A stretch of DNA of 32,000 bases from Coprobacillaceae bacterium (GCA_963675915.1 OY780959.1:2280001-2312000), one strand, 5' to 3'. Shown: positions 1 through 16,551, numbered from the stretch's first letter. Made by a program: numbers and translations. The notes: a model not told the origin generated them from the letters alone.

Positions 1-1
1 A

Positions 2-2323
2 AAACTTACCAATATCCGTCCATTGACTGCGGCGATGAAAGAATTCTTCTCTTCATCACAGTTGTCACAATTCATGGATCAGATCAATCCATTGGCCGAG
101 TTGACCAACAAACGTCGTTTGTCGGCATTAGGTCCTGGGGGATTGTCTCGTGACCGTGCTGGTTACGAAGTGCGTGACGTCCATCCATCTCATTACGGAC
201 GTATCTGTCCAATCGAAACTCCTGAGGGACCAAACATCGGGTTGATTTCGACTTTGGCATCATACGCAAAAATCAATCGTTATGGTTTCATTGAAACTCC
301 ATATCGTAAAGTTAACGGAACTGTAATTGACGAAAGTGATGTTCGTTATCTTACAGCTGATGAAGAAAAGAACTATATCATCGCCCAAGCGAAAGTTGAC
401 AGTGATGAAAATGGTCAAATCTTGGAAGAGCAAGTAATTGCCCGTCATTTCGGAGAAAACATCCTGGCCAACCGCGAAGATGTTGATTTTATCGATATTT
501 CTCCAAAACAGATCGTATCAGTAGCGACCTCATGTATTCCATTCTTGGAAAACGATGATGCTACCCGTGCCTTGATGGGTGCCAACATGCAGCGTCAGGC
601 AGTACCTCTGTTGAATCCTCATACTCCGTTTGTCGGAACAGGTATGGAATATCAAGCGGCCCGTGATTCGGGTGCCGCAGTAGTATCTGAAGAAGGTGGC
701 GTAGTTACATACGTTGATTCTAAGAAGATTGTCGTAACAAATGAAGAGGGAGATCATGTTTATCGCCTTTCTAAATTTGCGATTTCAAACAACGGAACTT
801 GCATCAATCACAAACCGATTGTAAAAGTTAACGAAAAAATATTGCCAAATCAAGTTTTAGCTGATGGACCAGCGATGGAAAACGGTGAACTTGCCCTTGG
901 TCAAAACGTCCTGGTTGGATTCATGACATGGAATGGTTACAACTACGAAGATGCGATCATCATGTCTGAAAGACTGGTTAAGGAAGATGTTTATACTTCG
1001 ATTCATATCGACGAATACTCAATCGAATGCCGTGATACCAAATTAGGACCTGAAGAAATTACAAGAGATATCCCTAACGTCGGTGAAGAGGCTCGTAAAT
1101 ACCTGAATTCCGATGGTATTATCATGATCGGTGCCGAAGTTAAAGAAGGAGATATCCTGGTAGGTAAAGTTACGCCTAAAGGACAGGCGGAACTGTCTGC
1201 TGAAGAAAAACTGTTATTGGCTATCTTCGGTGAGAAATCTCGTGAAGTTAAAGATAATTCACTTAGAGTTCCTCATGGTGGGGCCGGTATCATTCATGAC
1301 ATCAAAGTATTCTCACGTAAAAACGGTGATGAATTGCAACCTGGTGTCAATAAAGTAGTTAAAGTCTATATCGTTCAAAAACGTAAAATCTCCGAAGGGG
1401 ATAAAATGGCCGGACGTCATGGTAATAAAGGGGTAATTTCCCGTATCTTGCCAGTAGAAGATATGCCGCATTTGGAAGATGGAACTCCATTGGACATCAT
1501 GCTTAACCCATTAGGGGTACCTTCTCGTATGAATATCGGTCAGGTATTGGAATTGCATCTGGGATACGCTTGTCGTCAACTTGGTATGTATATTGCAACA
1601 CCAGCCTTCGATGGTCTGAACCTTCATGACCTGGAAGATGCTATGGCTGAAGCAGGTATGGCAAAAGATGGTAAACAAAACGTAATTTCCGGAAGAACTG
1701 GAGAATATTTCGATTCGAAAATCTCAGTCGGTGTCATGTACATGATCAAATTGGCCCACATGGTCGATGACAAACTGCATGCCCGTTCAGTCGGACCTTA
1801 CTCATTAGTAACTCAACAGCCATTGGGTGGTAAAGCTCAAAATGGTGGACAAAGATTTGGGGAGATGGAAGTTTGGGCCCTTGAAGCATATGGGGCGGCT
1901 TACACATTGCGCGAAATCCTGACTGTTAAATCAGATGACGTTGTCGGACGGGTTAAAACTTATGAAGCGATTGTCAAAGGATTGCCTTTACCAGAACCAG
2001 GTCTTCCAGAATCATTCCGCGTACTGAAAAAAGAACTTCAGGCATTGGCTCTGGACTTCAGATTATTGGATGACGAAGGAAACGAAGTTGGAATGCGAAA
2101 TATTGAAGATGAGGAACGTCGCTTCCCTAAATCAATTGATCGCGACTTTGGAAATAAAAAAGAAGAAGAAAAAGATGAGTCTAAAGAAGATTCTAAGCAA
2201 GAATCTGAAGAAGATGAAATCGATGAGTTAGATGCAATTCTTGATGAAGCTATCGAAGAAATTGAATTCGATGAAGAATCAGGAAACTTAGTAGATGTCG
2301 AAGAAGACGAAAATGATTTATAG
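2..2323 (+). CDS. rpoB: DNA-directed RNA polymerase subunit beta, C-terminal ~773 aa; 5' end lies outside the window
   Basis: The frame is open from base 2 ([16 protein letters not shown]...). Rif-cluster motif [31 protein letters not shown], plus [13 protein letters not shown] and MNIGQVLE motifs. An acidic C-terminal tail precedes the stop at 2321-2323. The TTG at 23 in the ORF track is not the real start. Confidence 0.97.
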   Translation, partial: KLTNIRPLTAAMKEFFSSSQLSQFMDQINPLAELTNKRRLSALGPGGLSRDRAGYEVRDVHPSHYGRICPIETPEGPNIGLISTLASYAKINRYGFIETPYRKVNGTVIDESDVRYLTADEEKNYIIAQAKVDSDENGQILEEQVIARHFGENILANREDVDFIDISPKQIVSVATSCIPFLENDDATRALMGANMQRQAVPLLNPHTPFVGTGMEYQAARDSGAAVVSEEGGVVTYVDSKKIVVTNEEGDHVYRLSKFAISNNGTCINHKPIVKVNEKILPNQVLADGPAMENGELALGQNVLVGFMTWNGYNYEDAIIMSERLVKEDVYTSIHIDEYSIECRDTKLGPEEITRDIPNVGEEARKYLNSDGIIMIGAEVKEGDILVGKVTPKGQAELSAEEKLLLAIFGEKSREVKDNSLRVPHGGAGIIHDIKVFSRKNGDELQPGVNKVVKVYIVQKRKISEGDKMAGRHGNKGVISRILPVEDMPHLEDGTPLDIMLNPLGVPSRMNIGQVLELHLGYACRQLGMYIATPAFDGLNLHDLEDAMAEAGMAKDGKQNVISGRTGEYFDSKISVGVMYMIKLAHMVDDKLHARSVGPYSLVTQQPLGGKAQNGGQRFGEMEVWALEAYGAAYTLREILTVKSDDVVGRVKTYEAIVKGLPLPEPGLPESFRVLKKELQALALDFRLLDDEGNEVGMRNIEDEERRFPKSIDRDFGNKKEEEKDESKEDSKQESEEDEIDELDAILDEAIEEIEFDEESGNLVDVEEDENDL

Positions 2324-2334
2324 GAGGAAATTTG

Positions 2335-5300
2335 ATGGCAAGTACAAATAATTTCTCATCAATCCAAATTGGTTTAGCATCTCCTGAAAAGATTCGTGAA
2401 TGGTCATTCGGTGAAGTTAAAAAACCGGAGACAATCAACTATCGTTCACAAAAACCGGAAAAAGACGGTTTGTTCTGTGAAAGAATCTTTGGTCCGTCAA
2501 AAGACTGGGAATGTAGCTGTGGTAAGTATAAAAAAGTTCGTTATAAAGGCGTAGTTTGCGACCGTTGCGGTGTTGAAGTAACCAAAGCTGCTGTTCGTCG
2601 TGAACGAATGGGTCATATCGAATTGGCGACTCCAGTAGCCCACATTTGGTATTTAAAAGGAATCCCTTCTCGAATGGGATTGGTATTGGATATGTCACCA
2701 AAACAATTGGAAGAAATAATCTATTTCGTTTCTTACGTAGTTGTTGATAAAGGTGCTACTCCTTTGGAATATAAACAAGTATTAGCTGAAAGAGATTACC
2801 GTAAGTGTCTTGAACAATTCGGTGATGCATTCGAAGCTCAAATCGGAGCTACAGCTATTAAAACTTTATTGTCACAAGTTGATTTGGATAAGGAATTTGA
2901 AACAATCAACAGTGATTTACGTGAAGCTCAAGGGCAAAAACGTACAAAACTTTTAAAAAGACTGGAAGCAATCGAAGCTTTCAGAGCTTCTGACAACGAT
3001 CCTGAGTGGATGATTATGGATGTACTTCCAGTCATCCCTCCGGATTTACGTCCGATGCTTCAACTTGACGGAGGTCGTTTCGCGACTTCGGATCTTAATG
3101 ATTTGTACCGTCGGGTTATCACTCGTAATAACCGTCTTAAAAAATTATTGGAGTTGGGAACACCTTCAATTATCGTACAAAACGAAAAACGGATGCTTCA
3201 AGAAGCAGTCGATGCCCTGATTGACAATGGTCGTCGTTCTAAACCGATTACCGGTGCTGGAGGTCGAGCTCTTAAATCATTGAGTCATTCGCTTAAAGGG
3301 AAACAAGGTCGGTTCCGTCAAAACTTGCTGGGAAAACGTGTTGACTACTCAGGACGTTCGGTAATCGCCGTAGGTCCGACTTTGAAAATGTATCAATGCG
3401 GAATCCCACGTGAGATGGCGCTGAACCTGTTCAAACCATTCGTTATTCATGGTTTGGTTGAACGTGAAATCGCTGGAAACATCAAATCAGCTGAACGTCT
3501 TATCGATAAGATGGATGACGTTATCTGGCCGATTGTTGAAGATGTTATCGAAGATCATCCGGTCCTTCTTAACCGTGCGCCGACACTTCACCGTTTGGGG
3601 ATCCAAGCGTTCGAACCTAAGTTGGTAGAGGGAAGAGCAATCCGTCTTCATCCACTGGTTACTCCGGCCTTCAATGCCGATTTCGATGGGGACCAAATGG
3701 CCGTCCATGTTCCTTTGGGACCCGAAGCCATCCAAGAAGCCCGTCAACTTATGTTGGGATCAAGCAACATCCTTGGTCCAAAAGATGGTAAACCTATCGT
3801 TACTCCTTCTCAGGATATGGTGTTAGGAAACTACTATCTGACTCTAGAAGATAAAGATGCCCTTGGGGAAGCTACTGTCTTTGTTGACCGTAACGAAGTG
3901 TTGCAGGCTTACTATTCTAAGACTGTTCAACTTCATACCCGTGTGGCAATCCGCGCTTCAAGTCTTAACAATGTGACTTTTACAGAAGAACAAAATAAAT
4001 CTTACTTGATTACTACTGTCGGAAAAATCATCTTCAATGACATTTTCGCAGGACAATTCCCGTTCATCAATGATCCATCTGATGAAAACCTGGTTGCAAC
4101 ACCAGATCGTTATTTCGTACCGATGGGAACCAATATCAAGGAATTCATCGAAAATCAGGATGTCATCAAACCATTAGGAAAAAAAGCCTTAGGTAAGATC
4201 ATCAACGAAATGTTCAAGAATCGTCCGATGGAAGAAACTTCGACAATGTTGGATAAGCTTAAAAACCAAGGTTTCTACTACTCGACAATTGCCGGAATCA
4301 CTGTATCGGTATACGATATTCAGGTTCCTGAAGAGAAATATGAATTATTCCATGTCGGAGATGAACGTCTGGATGATATCAACCGTTTCTATGCCAAAGG
4401 TCTTTATACCGAGGAAGAACGTTATAATTCAGTTATCAAATTGTGGTCTAACGTTAAAAATGACGTTCAGGAAATTGTTCGTCGTGAGTTCGAAGCTGAT
4501 GATCGTAACCCGATCTTCATCATGTCGGATTCTGGAGCCCGTGGATCGTTATCAAACTTTACGCAGCTGGTAGGTATGCGTGGTCTGATGTCGAATACCC
4601 GTGGGGAAGCAATGGAAATCCCAATCAAATCTTCATTCCGTGAGGGTCTGACTGCATCGGAATTCTTCCAGTCTACCCATGGTGCCCGTAAAGGATCTAC
4701 CGATACGGCCCTTAAGACAGCCGATTCAGGTTACCTGACTCGTCGTCTTGTCGACGTTTCCCAAGAAGTAATTGTTTCTGAAGAAGACTGTGGTACCGAC
4801 CGTGGTCTGGTTGTTACAGCATTATTGAATCCAGAAGACAAGAACGTTGTCGTTCCATTATTCGACCGTCTGGTTGGACGTTATTCTTGCAAGAATGTGT
4901 TCCATCCGGCTACTAACGAGTTGATTGTAGGGATCAATGAATTGATTACTGAACAGTTGGCTGGTGAAATTGTCGATGCTGGAATCGAAGCGGTTGAAAT
5001 CCGCTCAGTTCTGGGATGTGCATCTAAAAATGGTGTATGTCAAAAATGTTACGGTAAGAACCTGGCTACCGGCGAAGTTGTCGAAGTCGGTGAAGCCGTA
5101 GGTATCATGGCTGCCCAATCAATCGGGGAACCTGGTACCCAGCTGACAATGCGTACCTTCCATGAGGGTGGGGTTGCCGGTGGTGCCGATATCACTCAAG
5201 GTTTACCTCGTATCCAAGAGTTGTTCGAGGCCCGTAATCCAAAAGCTAAGTCACTGATCACTGAGATCAGAGGTACTGTTACTGATATCATCGGAAGCGA

Positions 5301-6033
5301 TCATGACCGTAAGGAAATCGTTATTTCCAACGATCTTGAATCCCGCAGTTATCTAGCTCCTTATGGTGCGAAGATTTCTGTTGCAGTGGGTGAAGATGTG
5401 ATCCTTGGTCAAAAATTGACCAAAGGTTCGATCGATCCTAAAGAATTGCTTTCAATTTCGGATACGGAAACAGTTGAAAAATACATCATTCAGGAAGTTC
5501 AGCAAGTATATCGTCTTCAAGGGATCGAGATTTCAGATAAACATATCGAAATCATCGTAAAACAAATGTTGAAGAAAATGGTTGTTGTCGAAGGTGGGGA
5601 TACTGATATCCTGCCGGGTACTCATGTCAATGTAACTAGATTCACTAACATGAACAAAGATACCTTGGCTGAAGGAAAACGTCCTGCAGTTGGTAGACCG
5701 ATGTTGCTGGGGATCACCAAAGCATCATTGGAAACTGAATCATTCCTTTCAGCGGCTTCATTCCAGGAAACTACAAAAATCCTGACTGATGCAGCGATCA
5801 AAGGTAAAGTCGATCACCTGAAAGGTCTTAAAGAGAATGTATTGATCGGTAAATTGTTGCCGGCCGGTACTGGTATCCGCGGACCATTGGTGGCGCCAGA
5901 AGATCTTGAAGAGGAAAATCAAAACTCTTTAAGTGATCTTGATGCACCGGATATTGAATCTTTCTTGCAATCATATGAGCAGATGGATGAAGATATCACT
6001 CTAGATGCAATCAATAATGAAGAATTTCAATAA
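2335..6033 (+). CDS. rpoC: DNA-directed RNA polymerase subunit beta'
   Basis: Zn-finger [23 protein letters not shown], catalytic [12 protein letters not shown], trigger-loop and bridge-helix regions. AGGAGG at 2322-2327 lies 7 nt before the ATG at 2335, which I prefer over the TTG at 2332 used by the track. Confidence 0.97.
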   Translation: MASTNNFSSIQIGLASPEKIREWSFGEVKKPETINYRSQKPEKDGLFCERIFGPSKDWECSCGKYKKVRYKGVVCDRCGVEVTKAAVRRERMGHIELATPVAHIWYLKGIPSRMGLVLDMSPKQLEEIIYFVSYVVVDKGATPLEYKQVLAERDYRKCLEQFGDAFEAQIGATAIKTLLSQVDLDKEFETINSDLREAQGQKRTKLLKRLEAIEAFRASDNDPEWMIMDVLPVIPPDLRPMLQLDGGRFATSDLNDLYRRVITRNNRLKKLLELGTPSIIVQNEKRMLQEAVDALIDNGRRSKPITGAGGRALKSLSHSLKGKQGRFRQNLLGKRVDYSGRSVIAVGPTLKMYQCGIPREMALNLFKPFVIHGLVEREIAGNIKSAERLIDKMDDVIWPIVEDVIEDHPVLLNRAPTLHRLGIQAFEPKLVEGRAIRLHPLVTPAFNADFDGDQMAVHVPLGPEAIQEARQLMLGSSNILGPKDGKPIVTPSQDMVLGNYYLTLEDKDALGEATVFVDRNEVLQAYYSKTVQLHTRVAIRASSLNNVTFTEEQNKSYLITTVGKIIFNDIFAGQFPFINDPSDENLVATPDRYFVPMGTNIKEFIENQDVIKPLGKKALGKIINEMFKNRPMEETSTMLDKLKNQGFYYSTIAGITVSVYDIQVPEEKYELFHVGDERLDDINRFYAKGLYTEEERYNSVIKLWSNVKNDVQEIVRREFEADDRNPIFIMSDSGARGSLSNFTQLVGMRGLMSNTRGEAMEIPIKSSFREGLTASEFFQSTHGARKGSTDTALKTADSGYLTRRLVDVSQEVIVSEEDCGTDRGLVVTALLNPEDKNVVVPLFDRLVGRYSCKNVFHPATNELIVGINELITEQLAGEIVDAGIEAVEIRSVLGCASKNGVCQKCYGKNLATGEVVEVGEAVGIMAAQSIGEPGTQLTMRTFHEGGVAGGADITQGLPRIQELFEARNPKAKSLITEIRGTVTDIIGSDHDRKEIVISNDLESRSYLAPYGAKISVAVGEDVILGQKLTKGSIDPKELLSISDTETVEKYIIQEVQQVYRLQGIEISDKHIEIIVKQMLKKMVVVEGGDTDILPGTHVNVTRFTNMNKDTLAEGKRPAVGRPMLLGITKASLETESFLSAASFQETTKILTDAAIKGKVDHLKGLKENVLIGKLLPAGTGIRGPLVAPEDLEEENQNSLSDLDAPDIESFLQSYEQMDEDITLDAINNEEFQ

Positions 6034-6074
6034 TTGATCTTCAATAATTGACTGTTAAATCATCATAATATACA

Positions 6075-6119
6075 AGGGCCTGGATCAGGGATGATAATCA
6101 TCTCTGGCACAGGCTCTTT
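6075..6119 (+). terminator. Long imperfect hairpin after rpoC; probable intrinsic terminator or attenuator
   Basis: Outer stem AGGGCCTG (6075-6082) pairs with CAGGCTCT (6109-6116). Inner stem CAGGGATGA (6086-6094) pairs with TCATCTCTG (6098-6106); each stem has one G-U. The hairpin is followed by TTTATGATGATTTT. Confidence 0.5.
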
Positions 6120-6224
6120 ATGATGATTTTGTCCCAAGAAAAGGACATAATCTTGAAACTGAGGATTAAATTGTCCGAATATCATTCGTCATAAAAATTA
6201 TTTGTTGTTTTTTAGTAAATTATA

Positions 6225-6253
6225 TTGACAATGACTGATAAATATTGTATATT
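6225..6253 (+). promoter_or_regulatory. sigma-A type promoter of the str operon (rpsL-rpsG-fusA-tuf)
   Basis: TTGACA (6225-6230), 17-nt spacer, TATATT (6248-6253). It sits ~90 nt upstream of the rpsL ATG. Confidence 0.6.
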
Positions 6254-6343
6254 CACATAGGTGTCCTGTATGGACATATAAGATTATTTATAGTGAAACA
6301 CCCGGAATTGTGTGTTAGATATTTGAAGAAAGGAGAAACTTAA

Positions 6344-6757
6344 ATGCCAACTATTAATCAATTGGTTAGAAAAGGTCGTTCAAATAAAACAGTTAAATCA
6401 AAATCACCAGCGTTAAATAGAGGTTTTAACTCAATAGCTAAGAAACCAACATTGACTAGCTCACCTCAAAAACGTGGTGTTTGTACTCGTGTTGCTACCA
6501 TGACGCCTAAAAAACCTAACTCGGCTTTGCGTAAATATGCCCGTGTTAGATTATCTAACGGAATGGAAGTAACTGCATATATTCCAGGAATTGGTCACAA
6601 CCTACAAGAACATAGTGTTGTGTTAATTCGTGGAGGTCGTGTAAAAGACTTACCTGGGGTTCGTTACCATATTATCCGTGGTACAATGGACTGTGCAGGA
6701 GTTAATGATCGTAAACAAGGTCGTTCTCGTTACGGAACAAAAAAACCTAAAGCTTAA
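6344..6757 (+). CDS. rpsL: 30S ribosomal protein S12
   Basis: [12 protein letters not shown]...[11 protein letters not shown]...[23 protein letters not shown] upstream. Confidence 0.98.
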   Translation: MPTINQLVRKGRSNKTVKSKSPALNRGFNSIAKKPTLTSSPQKRGVCTRVATMTPKKPNSALRKYARVRLSNGMEVTAYIPGIGHNLQEHSVVLIRGGRVKDLPGVRYHIIRGTMDCAGVNDRKQGRSRYGTKKPKA

Positions 6758-6795
6758 TTAAAGCTTATTAATACTTAAAGAAGGAGGATATATTA

Positions 6796-7266
6796 ATGTC
6801 AAGAAAAGGACGTATTGGTAAAAGAGACGTATTACCTGATCCAGTGTATAACTCTAAGACAATTACTAAATTAATCAATAACATTATGCTTGATGGTAAA
6901 AAAGGTGTTGCTCAAAACATCTTATACGATGCATTCAGCAAAGTAGAAGCAAAATCAGGAAAACCAGCAATGGAAATCTTTGATCAAGCTATCAACAACA
7001 TCATGCCAGTTTTAGAACTTAAAGTTAGACGTGTGGGTGGGGCAAACTACCAAGTACCAGTTGAAGTTTCATCTGAAAGACGTGTGACTTTAGGGTTAAG
7101 ATGGTTAGTAAACTACTCTCGTTTGAGAAACGAATCAACTATGGTTGATCGTTTGGCTAACGAAATTTTAGATGCTTCAAACGGAACAGGTGCTTCAGTT
7201 AAGAAGAAAGAAGACACTCATAAAATGGCAGAAGCTAATAAAGCATTTGCTCATTTCCGTTGGTAA
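6796..7266 (+). CDS. rpsG: 30S ribosomal protein S7
   Basis: [20 protein letters not shown]...[19 protein letters not shown] upstream. Confidence 0.98.
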   Translation: MSRKGRIGKRDVLPDPVYNSKTITKLINNIMLDGKKGVAQNILYDAFSKVEAKSGKPAMEIFDQAINNIMPVLELKVRRVGGANYQVPVEVSSERRVTLGLRWLVNYSRLRNESTMVDRLANEILDASNGTGASVKKKEDTHKMAEANKAFAHFRW

Positions 7267-7290
7267 TATAAATAAAACAAGGAGAAAATT

Positions 7291-9366
7291 ATGGCACGCG
7301 AATTTTCATTAGAAAACACTCGTAACATTGGTATCATGGCGCATATCGATGCTGGTAAGACTACGACTACAGAACGTATTCTTTTCTATACTGGACGTAT
7401 CCATAAAATCGGAGAAACTCACGAAGGTGCTTCTCAGATGGACTGGATGGAACAGGAACAAGAACGTGGAATTACCATCACATCTGCTGCTACTACTGCA
7501 CAATGGAAAGGTAACCGTGTAAACATCATCGATACACCGGGCCACGTTGACTTCACTGTCGAAGTAGAACGTTCATTACGTGTATTAGACGGTGCTGTTG
7601 CAGTGTTAGATGCAAAAGCTGGGGTTGAACCTCAGACAGAAACAGTATGGCGTCAAGCTACTACTTATGGAGTTCCTCGTATTGTATTCGCAAACAAAAT
7701 GGATGCAACTGGAGCGGACTTCATCATGTCAGTTGAATCGATGGAAAAAAGATTAGGAGCTAATGCAGTTGCTATCCAATTACCTATCGGTGCTGAAACA
7801 GAATTCGAAGGAATCATCGACTTGGTTACAATGAAAGCCATCTTCAACAAAGATGACATCGGAGCTGAACAAGACATCGTTGAAATTCCTGAAGAATACA
7901 AAGAACAAGCTGAAAAATACAGAGCTATCTTAATTGATACTGTAGCATCATATGATGATGATCTTATGATGAAAGTTTTGGAAGAAGAAGAAATTACAGT
8001 TGAAGAAATCAAAGCTGCTATCCGTAAAGGTGTATTGGCTGTTGATTTATTCCCTGTACTTTGTGGTTCTGCTTACAAAAACAAAGGTGTACAGTTAATG
8101 TTGGATGCGGTAATCGATTATTTACCAGCACCTACTGATGTACCATCAATCAAAGGTATCGATGAAGATGAAAACGAAATCGAAAGACATGCATCAGATG
8201 AAGAACCATTCTCAGCATTGGCATTCAAGATCATGACTGACCCATTCGTTGGAAAATTAACATTCTTCCGTGTTTACTCAGGGACTGTTGATTCAGGTTC
8301 ATATGTATTGAACGCAACAAAAGACAAAAAAGAACGTTTAGGACGTATCTTGCAAATGCACGCCAACAAGCGTGAAGAAATCGACCGTGTACATGCAGGG
8401 GATATCGCTGCTGCCGTAGGTTTCAAAAATACAACAACTGGGGATACTATCTGTGATCCAAATAACTTCGTTATCTTGGAAAAAATGGAATTCCCTGAGC
8501 CAGTAATCGAATTGGCTATCGAACCAAAAACTAAACAAGATCAAGATAAATTAGGTCTTGCTTTATCTAAATTGGCTGAAGAAGATCCAACGTTCAGAAC
8601 ATTCACTAACCCAGAAACTGGAGATACAGTTATCGCTGGTATGGGTGAGTTGCACTTGGACGTAATCGTTGACCGTTTAAAACGTGAGTTCAAAGTTGAA
8701 GCTAACGTAGGAGCACCTCAAGTTGCTTACCGTGAAACTATCAAAGGAACTGCTGATTGTGAAGGGAAATACATCAAACAATCAGGTGGACGTGGACAAT
8801 ACGGACACGTATGGATCAAATTCGAACCTAATGAAGGTAAAGGATTTGAATTCGTTGACGCTATCGTTGGGGGATCAGTACCTAGAGAGTACATCAACTC
8901 GATCAAGGTTGGTCTTGAAGACGCATTGGCTACTGGTATCGTTGCTGGATTCCCAGTATTGGATGTCAAAGCTACATTATTCGATGGTTCTTACCATGAT
9001 GTCGATTCATCAGAATCTGCATACAAGATCGCTGCTTCAATGGCTTTAAAAGCTGCTGCTAAAAAATGTGATCCTGTAATCTTGGAACCAATCATGGCTG
9101 TAGAAGTAACTGCACCATCTGAATACTTAGGTTCAGTAATGGGTGACGTTTCATCTCGTCGTGGTATGATTGAAGGGCAAGAAGAAAGAGGAAACGCAAT
9201 CGTTGTTCAATCTTCAATTCCTTTATCAGAAATGTTTGGTTATGCTACTGACTTACGTTCATTCACTCAAGGTCGTGGAAACTACACAATGATCTTCGAT
9301 CGTTACGAACCAGTACCTAAATCAATCAAAGAAGAAATTATTAAGAAAAACGGTGGAAACAACTAA
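7291..9366 (+). CDS. fusA: Elongation factor G
   Basis: G-domain motifs [17 protein letters not shown] and NKMD; 691 aa in canonical str-operon position. Confidence 0.98.
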   Translation: MAREFSLENTRNIGIMAHIDAGKTTTTERILFYTGRIHKIGETHEGASQMDWMEQEQERGITITSAATTAQWKGNRVNIIDTPGHVDFTVEVERSLRVLDGAVAVLDAKAGVEPQTETVWRQATTYGVPRIVFANKMDATGADFIMSVESMEKRLGANAVAIQLPIGAETEFEGIIDLVTMKAIFNKDDIGAEQDIVEIPEEYKEQAEKYRAILIDTVASYDDDLMMKVLEEEEITVEEIKAAIRKGVLAVDLFPVLCGSAYKNKGVQLMLDAVIDYLPAPTDVPSIKGIDEDENEIERHASDEEPFSALAFKIMTDPFVGKLTFFRVYSGTVDSGSYVLNATKDKKERLGRILQMHANKREEIDRVHAGDIAAAVGFKNTTTGDTICDPNNFVILEKMEFPEPVIELAIEPKTKQDQDKLGLALSKLAEEDPTFRTFTNPETGDTVIAGMGELHLDVIVDRLKREFKVEANVGAPQVAYRETIKGTADCEGKYIKQSGGRGQYGHVWIKFEPNEGKGFEFVDAIVGGSVPREYINSIKVGLEDALATGIVAGFPVLDVKATLFDGSYHDVDSSESAYKIAASMALKAAAKKCDPVILEPIMAVEVTAPSEYLGSVMGDVSSRRGMIEGQEERGNAIVVQSSIPLSEMFGYATDLRSFTQGRGNYTMIFDRYEPVPKSIKEEIIKKNGGNN

Positions 9367-9394
9367 TTTTATAGTGAATTTACACCTTTAATTC

Positions 9395-9423
9395 TTGATT
9401 TTTCAATAAATATGACTTAAAAT
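9395..9423 (+). promoter_or_regulatory. Candidate internal promoter for tuf
   Basis: TTGATT (9395-9400), 17-nt spacer, TAAAAT (9418-9423), in the fusA-tuf spacer. Confidence 0.45.
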
Positions 9424-9459
9424 TACGTTATACTAAATATTAGGAGGAAAAAGCTTAAA

Positions 9460-10644
9460 ATGGCTAAGGAAAAATTTGACCGCTCAAAAGCGCACGTAAA
9501 TATCGGAACAATTGGTCACGTTGACCACGGTAAAACTACATTAACTGCTGCTATTACAACTGTATTGGCTCAAGCTGGTGGTGCAGACGCAATGGATTAC
9601 GCTGCAATCGATGCAGCTCCAGAAGAAAGAGAACGTGGGATCACAATCAACACTGCCCATGTAGAATACCAAACTGAAACTCGTCACTACGCTCACGTAG
9701 ACTGTCCGGGACATGCTGACTACATCAAAAACATGATCACTGGTGCAGCTCAAATGGATGGGGCTATCTTAGTAGTTGCTGCTACTGATGGACCAATGCC
9801 ACAAACTCGTGAACATATCTTATTATCTCGTCAAGTAGGTGTACCATACATCGTTGTATTCTTAAACAAATGTGACATGGTAGATGACGAAGAATTATTA
9901 GACTTAGTTGACATGGAAGTTCGTGAATTATTAGATGAATACGGATTCCCAGGTGATGACACTCCAGTTATCCGTGGATCAGCTTTAAAAGCATTAGAAG
10001 GAGATCCTAAATGGGTTCCAGCTATCCATGAATTAATGGAAGCTGTTGATGCTTACATTCCAACTCCAGAAAGAGATACTGACAAACCATTCTTAATGCC
10101 AGTTGAAGACGTTTTCACAATCACTGGACGTGGTACAGTTGCTACTGGACGTGTTGAACGTGGAACTTTAAAATTAAATGACGAATTAGAAATCGTTGGT
10201 ATCAAAGAAACTTCTAAAACAGTTGCTACTGGTATCGAAATGTTCCGTAAATTATTAGATTACGCTGAACCAGGAGATAACGTAGGGGTATTATTACGTG
10301 GTGTAAACCGTGAAGAAATCGTTCGTGGACAAGTATTAGCTAAACCAGGATCAGTTACTCCTCATAAAAAATTCAAATCTCAAATCTACGTATTATCAAA
10401 AGAAGAAGGTGGACGTCATACTCCATTCTTCGCTAACTACCGTCCTCAGTTCTACTTCAGAACTACTGACATCACTGGTGTTATCGAATTACCAGAAGGT
10501 GTAGAAATGGTTATGCCAGGGGATAACGTTGAAATTACTGTAGACTTAATTCACCCAATCGCAATCGAAAAAGGAACTAAATTCTCTATCCGTGAAGGTG
10601 GTAGAACTGTAGGTTCTGGAAATATCTCTGATATTATCGAATAA
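9460..10644 (+). CDS. tuf: Elongation factor Tu
   Basis: [18 protein letters not shown] and NKCD motifs; 394 aa; strong RBS AGGAGG. Confidence 0.99.
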   Translation: MAKEKFDRSKAHVNIGTIGHVDHGKTTLTAAITTVLAQAGGADAMDYAAIDAAPEERERGITINTAHVEYQTETRHYAHVDCPGHADYIKNMITGAAQMDGAILVVAATDGPMPQTREHILLSRQVGVPYIVVFLNKCDMVDDEELLDLVDMEVRELLDEYGFPGDDTPVIRGSALKALEGDPKWVPAIHELMEAVDAYIPTPERDTDKPFLMPVEDVFTITGRGTVATGRVERGTLKLNDELEIVGIKETSKTVATGIEMFRKLLDYAEPGDNVGVLLRGVNREEIVRGQVLAKPGSVTPHKKFKSQIYVLSKEEGGRHTPFFANYRPQFYFRTTDITGVIELPEGVEMVMPGDNVEITVDLIHPIAIEKGTKFSIREGGRTVGSGNISDIIE

Positions 10645-10656
10645 TATTTGCAATTT

Positions 10657-10684
10657 AGACACTCAATTTGAGTGTCTTTTTTTG
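10657..10684 (+). terminator. Intrinsic terminator of the str operon
   Basis: Perfect 9-bp stem AGACACTCA / TGAGTGTCT with a 3-nt loop, followed by T7. Confidence 0.85.
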
Positions 10685-10919
10685 TTCCATGGTTCGCAAT
10701 TGTTTTTGAAGACAAATAGACTGAGAACCATCATATATTCTCTCTCAGGCCTGTATTTGGGCCGGAGCGTGCTATTTGGCCTTTGGTAGAATAATTATTA
10801 AGCATTGATGTTAATCTGGCTTGTCGGGCAAATAAGAGCCGTATTCAAACCAACGACTTCGGTTAAGTCAATATCAAATATTTTTTTCATAATTTAAAAA
10901 TATAAAAGTACGGTATTTA

Positions 10920-10948
10920 TTGATTTGTTATTCCATATTTGCTAGAAT
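10920..10948 (+). promoter_or_regulatory. Candidate promoter of the EIIA gene
   Basis: TTGATT (10920-10925), 17-nt spacer, TAGAAT (10943-10948). Confidence 0.5.
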
Positions 10949-10982
10949 GTAAGGGTAAACAAAAGATAAGGAGATATTACAA

Positions 10983-11291
10983 ATGGATCAATCAGAACAA
11001 ATTATCATAAACTTAATTGTTAACGCTGGGAGCGCACGTAGTTCAGCTATCGAAGCTATCCAATACGCTAAAGGTGGAGACTTAGAAAAAGCTGAAGAAT
11101 CAATTCAACAAGCTAAAGAAACTGTTAATGATGCTCACCATGCACAAACAGAATTAATCCAAGCAGAAATCCGTGGAGAAAAAACTCCATTGAACTTATT
11201 AATGGTACATGCACAAGACCACTTAATGACTGCATTGGTTGTTATTGACTTAGCTCAAGAATTCATCGATTTATACAAAAAAGTGGGATAA
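10983..11291 (+). CDS. PTS lactose/cellobiose-family EIIA component (orphan; no IIB or IIC in the window)
   Basis: 102-aa all-helical protein with the family-typical ...HHAQTELIQ...MVHAQDHLMTA... phospho-His region. RBS AAGGAG. Confidence 0.85.
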   Translation: MDQSEQIIINLIVNAGSARSSAIEAIQYAKGGDLEKAEESIQQAKETVNDAHHAQTELIQAEIRGEKTPLNLLMVHAQDHLMTALVVIDLAQEFIDLYKKVG

Positions 11292-11303
11292 TCACTTTAA
11301 CTA

Positions 11304-11333
11304 AGACTTCGCTTGCAGCGGAGTCTTTTTTTT
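11304..11333 (+). terminator. Intrinsic terminator after the EIIA gene
   Basis: Stem AGACTTCGC / GCGGAGTCT (one G-U), loop TTGCA, then a T7 run (11327-11333). Confidence 0.8.
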
Positions 11334-11419
11334 GTGAAAAAGTTTTTGGTAATTATCCCGATGTAATCGAGGTAATTGACGACCGGGGATTTTGGGGATG
11401 AAAAAGTGGCAAAAAAGGG

Positions 11420-11448
11420 TTGTCAAAGGAGGGGATAAGTGGTATATT
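11420..11448 (+). promoter_or_regulatory. rrn operon 1 promoter P1
   Basis: TTGTCA (11420-11425), 17-nt spacer, TATATT (11443-11448) with an upstream TGG (extended -10). Confidence 0.6.
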
Positions 11449-11522
11449 GATTGAGCGCCAAAAAGAAGCGGCGCCAAAGAAAACATCAGGAATCAAGAGA
11501 ATGAAAAAGTTGAAAAAAACTG

Positions 11523-11551
11523 TTGACTCTCAAGGGTAAATGATGTAAGAT
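11523..11551 (+). promoter_or_regulatory. rrn operon 1 promoter P2
   Basis: TTGACT (11523-11528), 17-nt spacer, TAAGAT (11546-11551), preceded by an A-rich UP-like tract AAAAAGTTGAAAAAAAC. Confidence 0.6.
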
Positions 11552-11577
11552 AATCAAGTCGGCTCAAGAGGGCCACA

Positions 11578-11592
11578 GTTCATTGAAAACTA
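11578..11592 (+). promoter_or_regulatory. boxA-like antitermination element in the rrn leader
   Basis: GTTCATTGAAAACTA resembles the Firmicute rrn boxA (TGTTCTTTGAAAACT). The same core CATTGAAAACT recurs in the ITS. Confidence 0.55.
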
Positions 11593-11676
11593 AACAGAAT
11601 TAAAAACACACGTCAATATTCTTAAGGAATATAAAGTAAATTAAGAGCTAAACAAACACAATTGTTTGTACAATAA

Positions 11677-13205
<1,529 letters not shown>

Positions 13206-13297
13206 AGGAGAACCGTTCAACCACCCCGGTTGAACAAAAACAAGAAGTGTTGTTAAGAAATTCTGTTTAGTTTTGAGTGAACTGAGATTTACTCAAA

Positions 13298-13313
13298 GAT
13301 CATTGAAAACTGG
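13298..13313 (+). promoter_or_regulatory. boxA-like element in the 16S-23S spacer; also the 5' arm of the 23S processing stem
   Basis: GATCATTGAAAACTGG. The stretch 13298-13324 is complementary to TCGATTATTATCTAGTTTTGAGTGATC downstream of 23S (~16400-16426). Confidence 0.5.
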
Positions 13314-13479
13314 ATAATAATCGAAAGATAGAAAAGAGATCGAGGAAATGAAAATTTCCAAAATTTATAACCAGATAGATTTAATTAATTAATTTATGTG
13401 GTCTTTCTAGAAAAAGTCGAAAAAAAACTAAGAAAAAACTAAACTTTTACAACAGTAAAAGTTTAATCAAACACCAATA

Positions 13480-16380
<2,901 letters not shown>

Positions 16381-16443
16381 TTGGACAAAGACAACAAAGT
16401 CGATTATTATCTAGTTTTGAGTGATCTAAGGAAAACTCGATAA

Positions 16444-16551
16444 TCTGGTAACGATGGCATGATGGACACACCTGTACCCATCTCGAACACAGAAGTTAAG
16501 CATCATAACGGCGAAGATAGTGCGTTAGCGTGACAATAGCAAGTTGCCAGT
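16444..16551 (+). rRNA. rrf: 5S ribosomal RNA (operon 1), short form of ~108 nt
   Basis: TCTGGTAACGATGGC...CACACCTGTACCCATCTCGAACACAGAAGTTAAGC...GTTGCCAGT, with the terminal helix formed by the 5' and 3' ends. Confidence 0.9.

Noticed and set aside
2090-2320. Highly acidic C-terminal tails of RpoB (and of RpoC at 5890-6030) as a possible novelty
   Set aside because: Comparable acidic C-terminal extensions occur in RpoB and RpoC of other Firmicutes such as Bacillus. This is not distinctive enough to flag.
84-10644. Short antisense or out-of-frame ORFs inside rpoB, rpoC, fusA and tuf (for example 84-269, 2435-2701, 3487-3747, 7665-8012, 8723-9049, 9541-9753)
   Set aside because: They are embedded in strongly supported conserved genes, lack ribosome-binding sites, and translate to low-complexity sequence.
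10798-10890. 30-codon minus-strand ORF MKKIFDIDLTEVVGLNTALICPTSQININA, whose FDIDL resembles the FNLD box of class I lanthipeptide leaders, within the 330-bp tuf-EIIA spacer that also has a GC-rich patch (10745-10790)
   Set aside because: There is no Shine-Dalgarno or promoter upstream, no modification, transport or immunity genes nearby, and the putative core is very short. The motif resemblance is probably chance. The spacer could still hold a gene remnant or small RNA, but I could not support either.
13206-13479. Possible tRNA genes in the 16S-23S spacer or downstream of 5S, and any CRISPR array in the window
   Set aside because: I found no cloverleaf-compatible sequence or conserved T-loop (GTTCGAATC-like). 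The only regular repeats are the rDNA duplication and the IS-associated repeats; there is no repeat-spacer periodicity.
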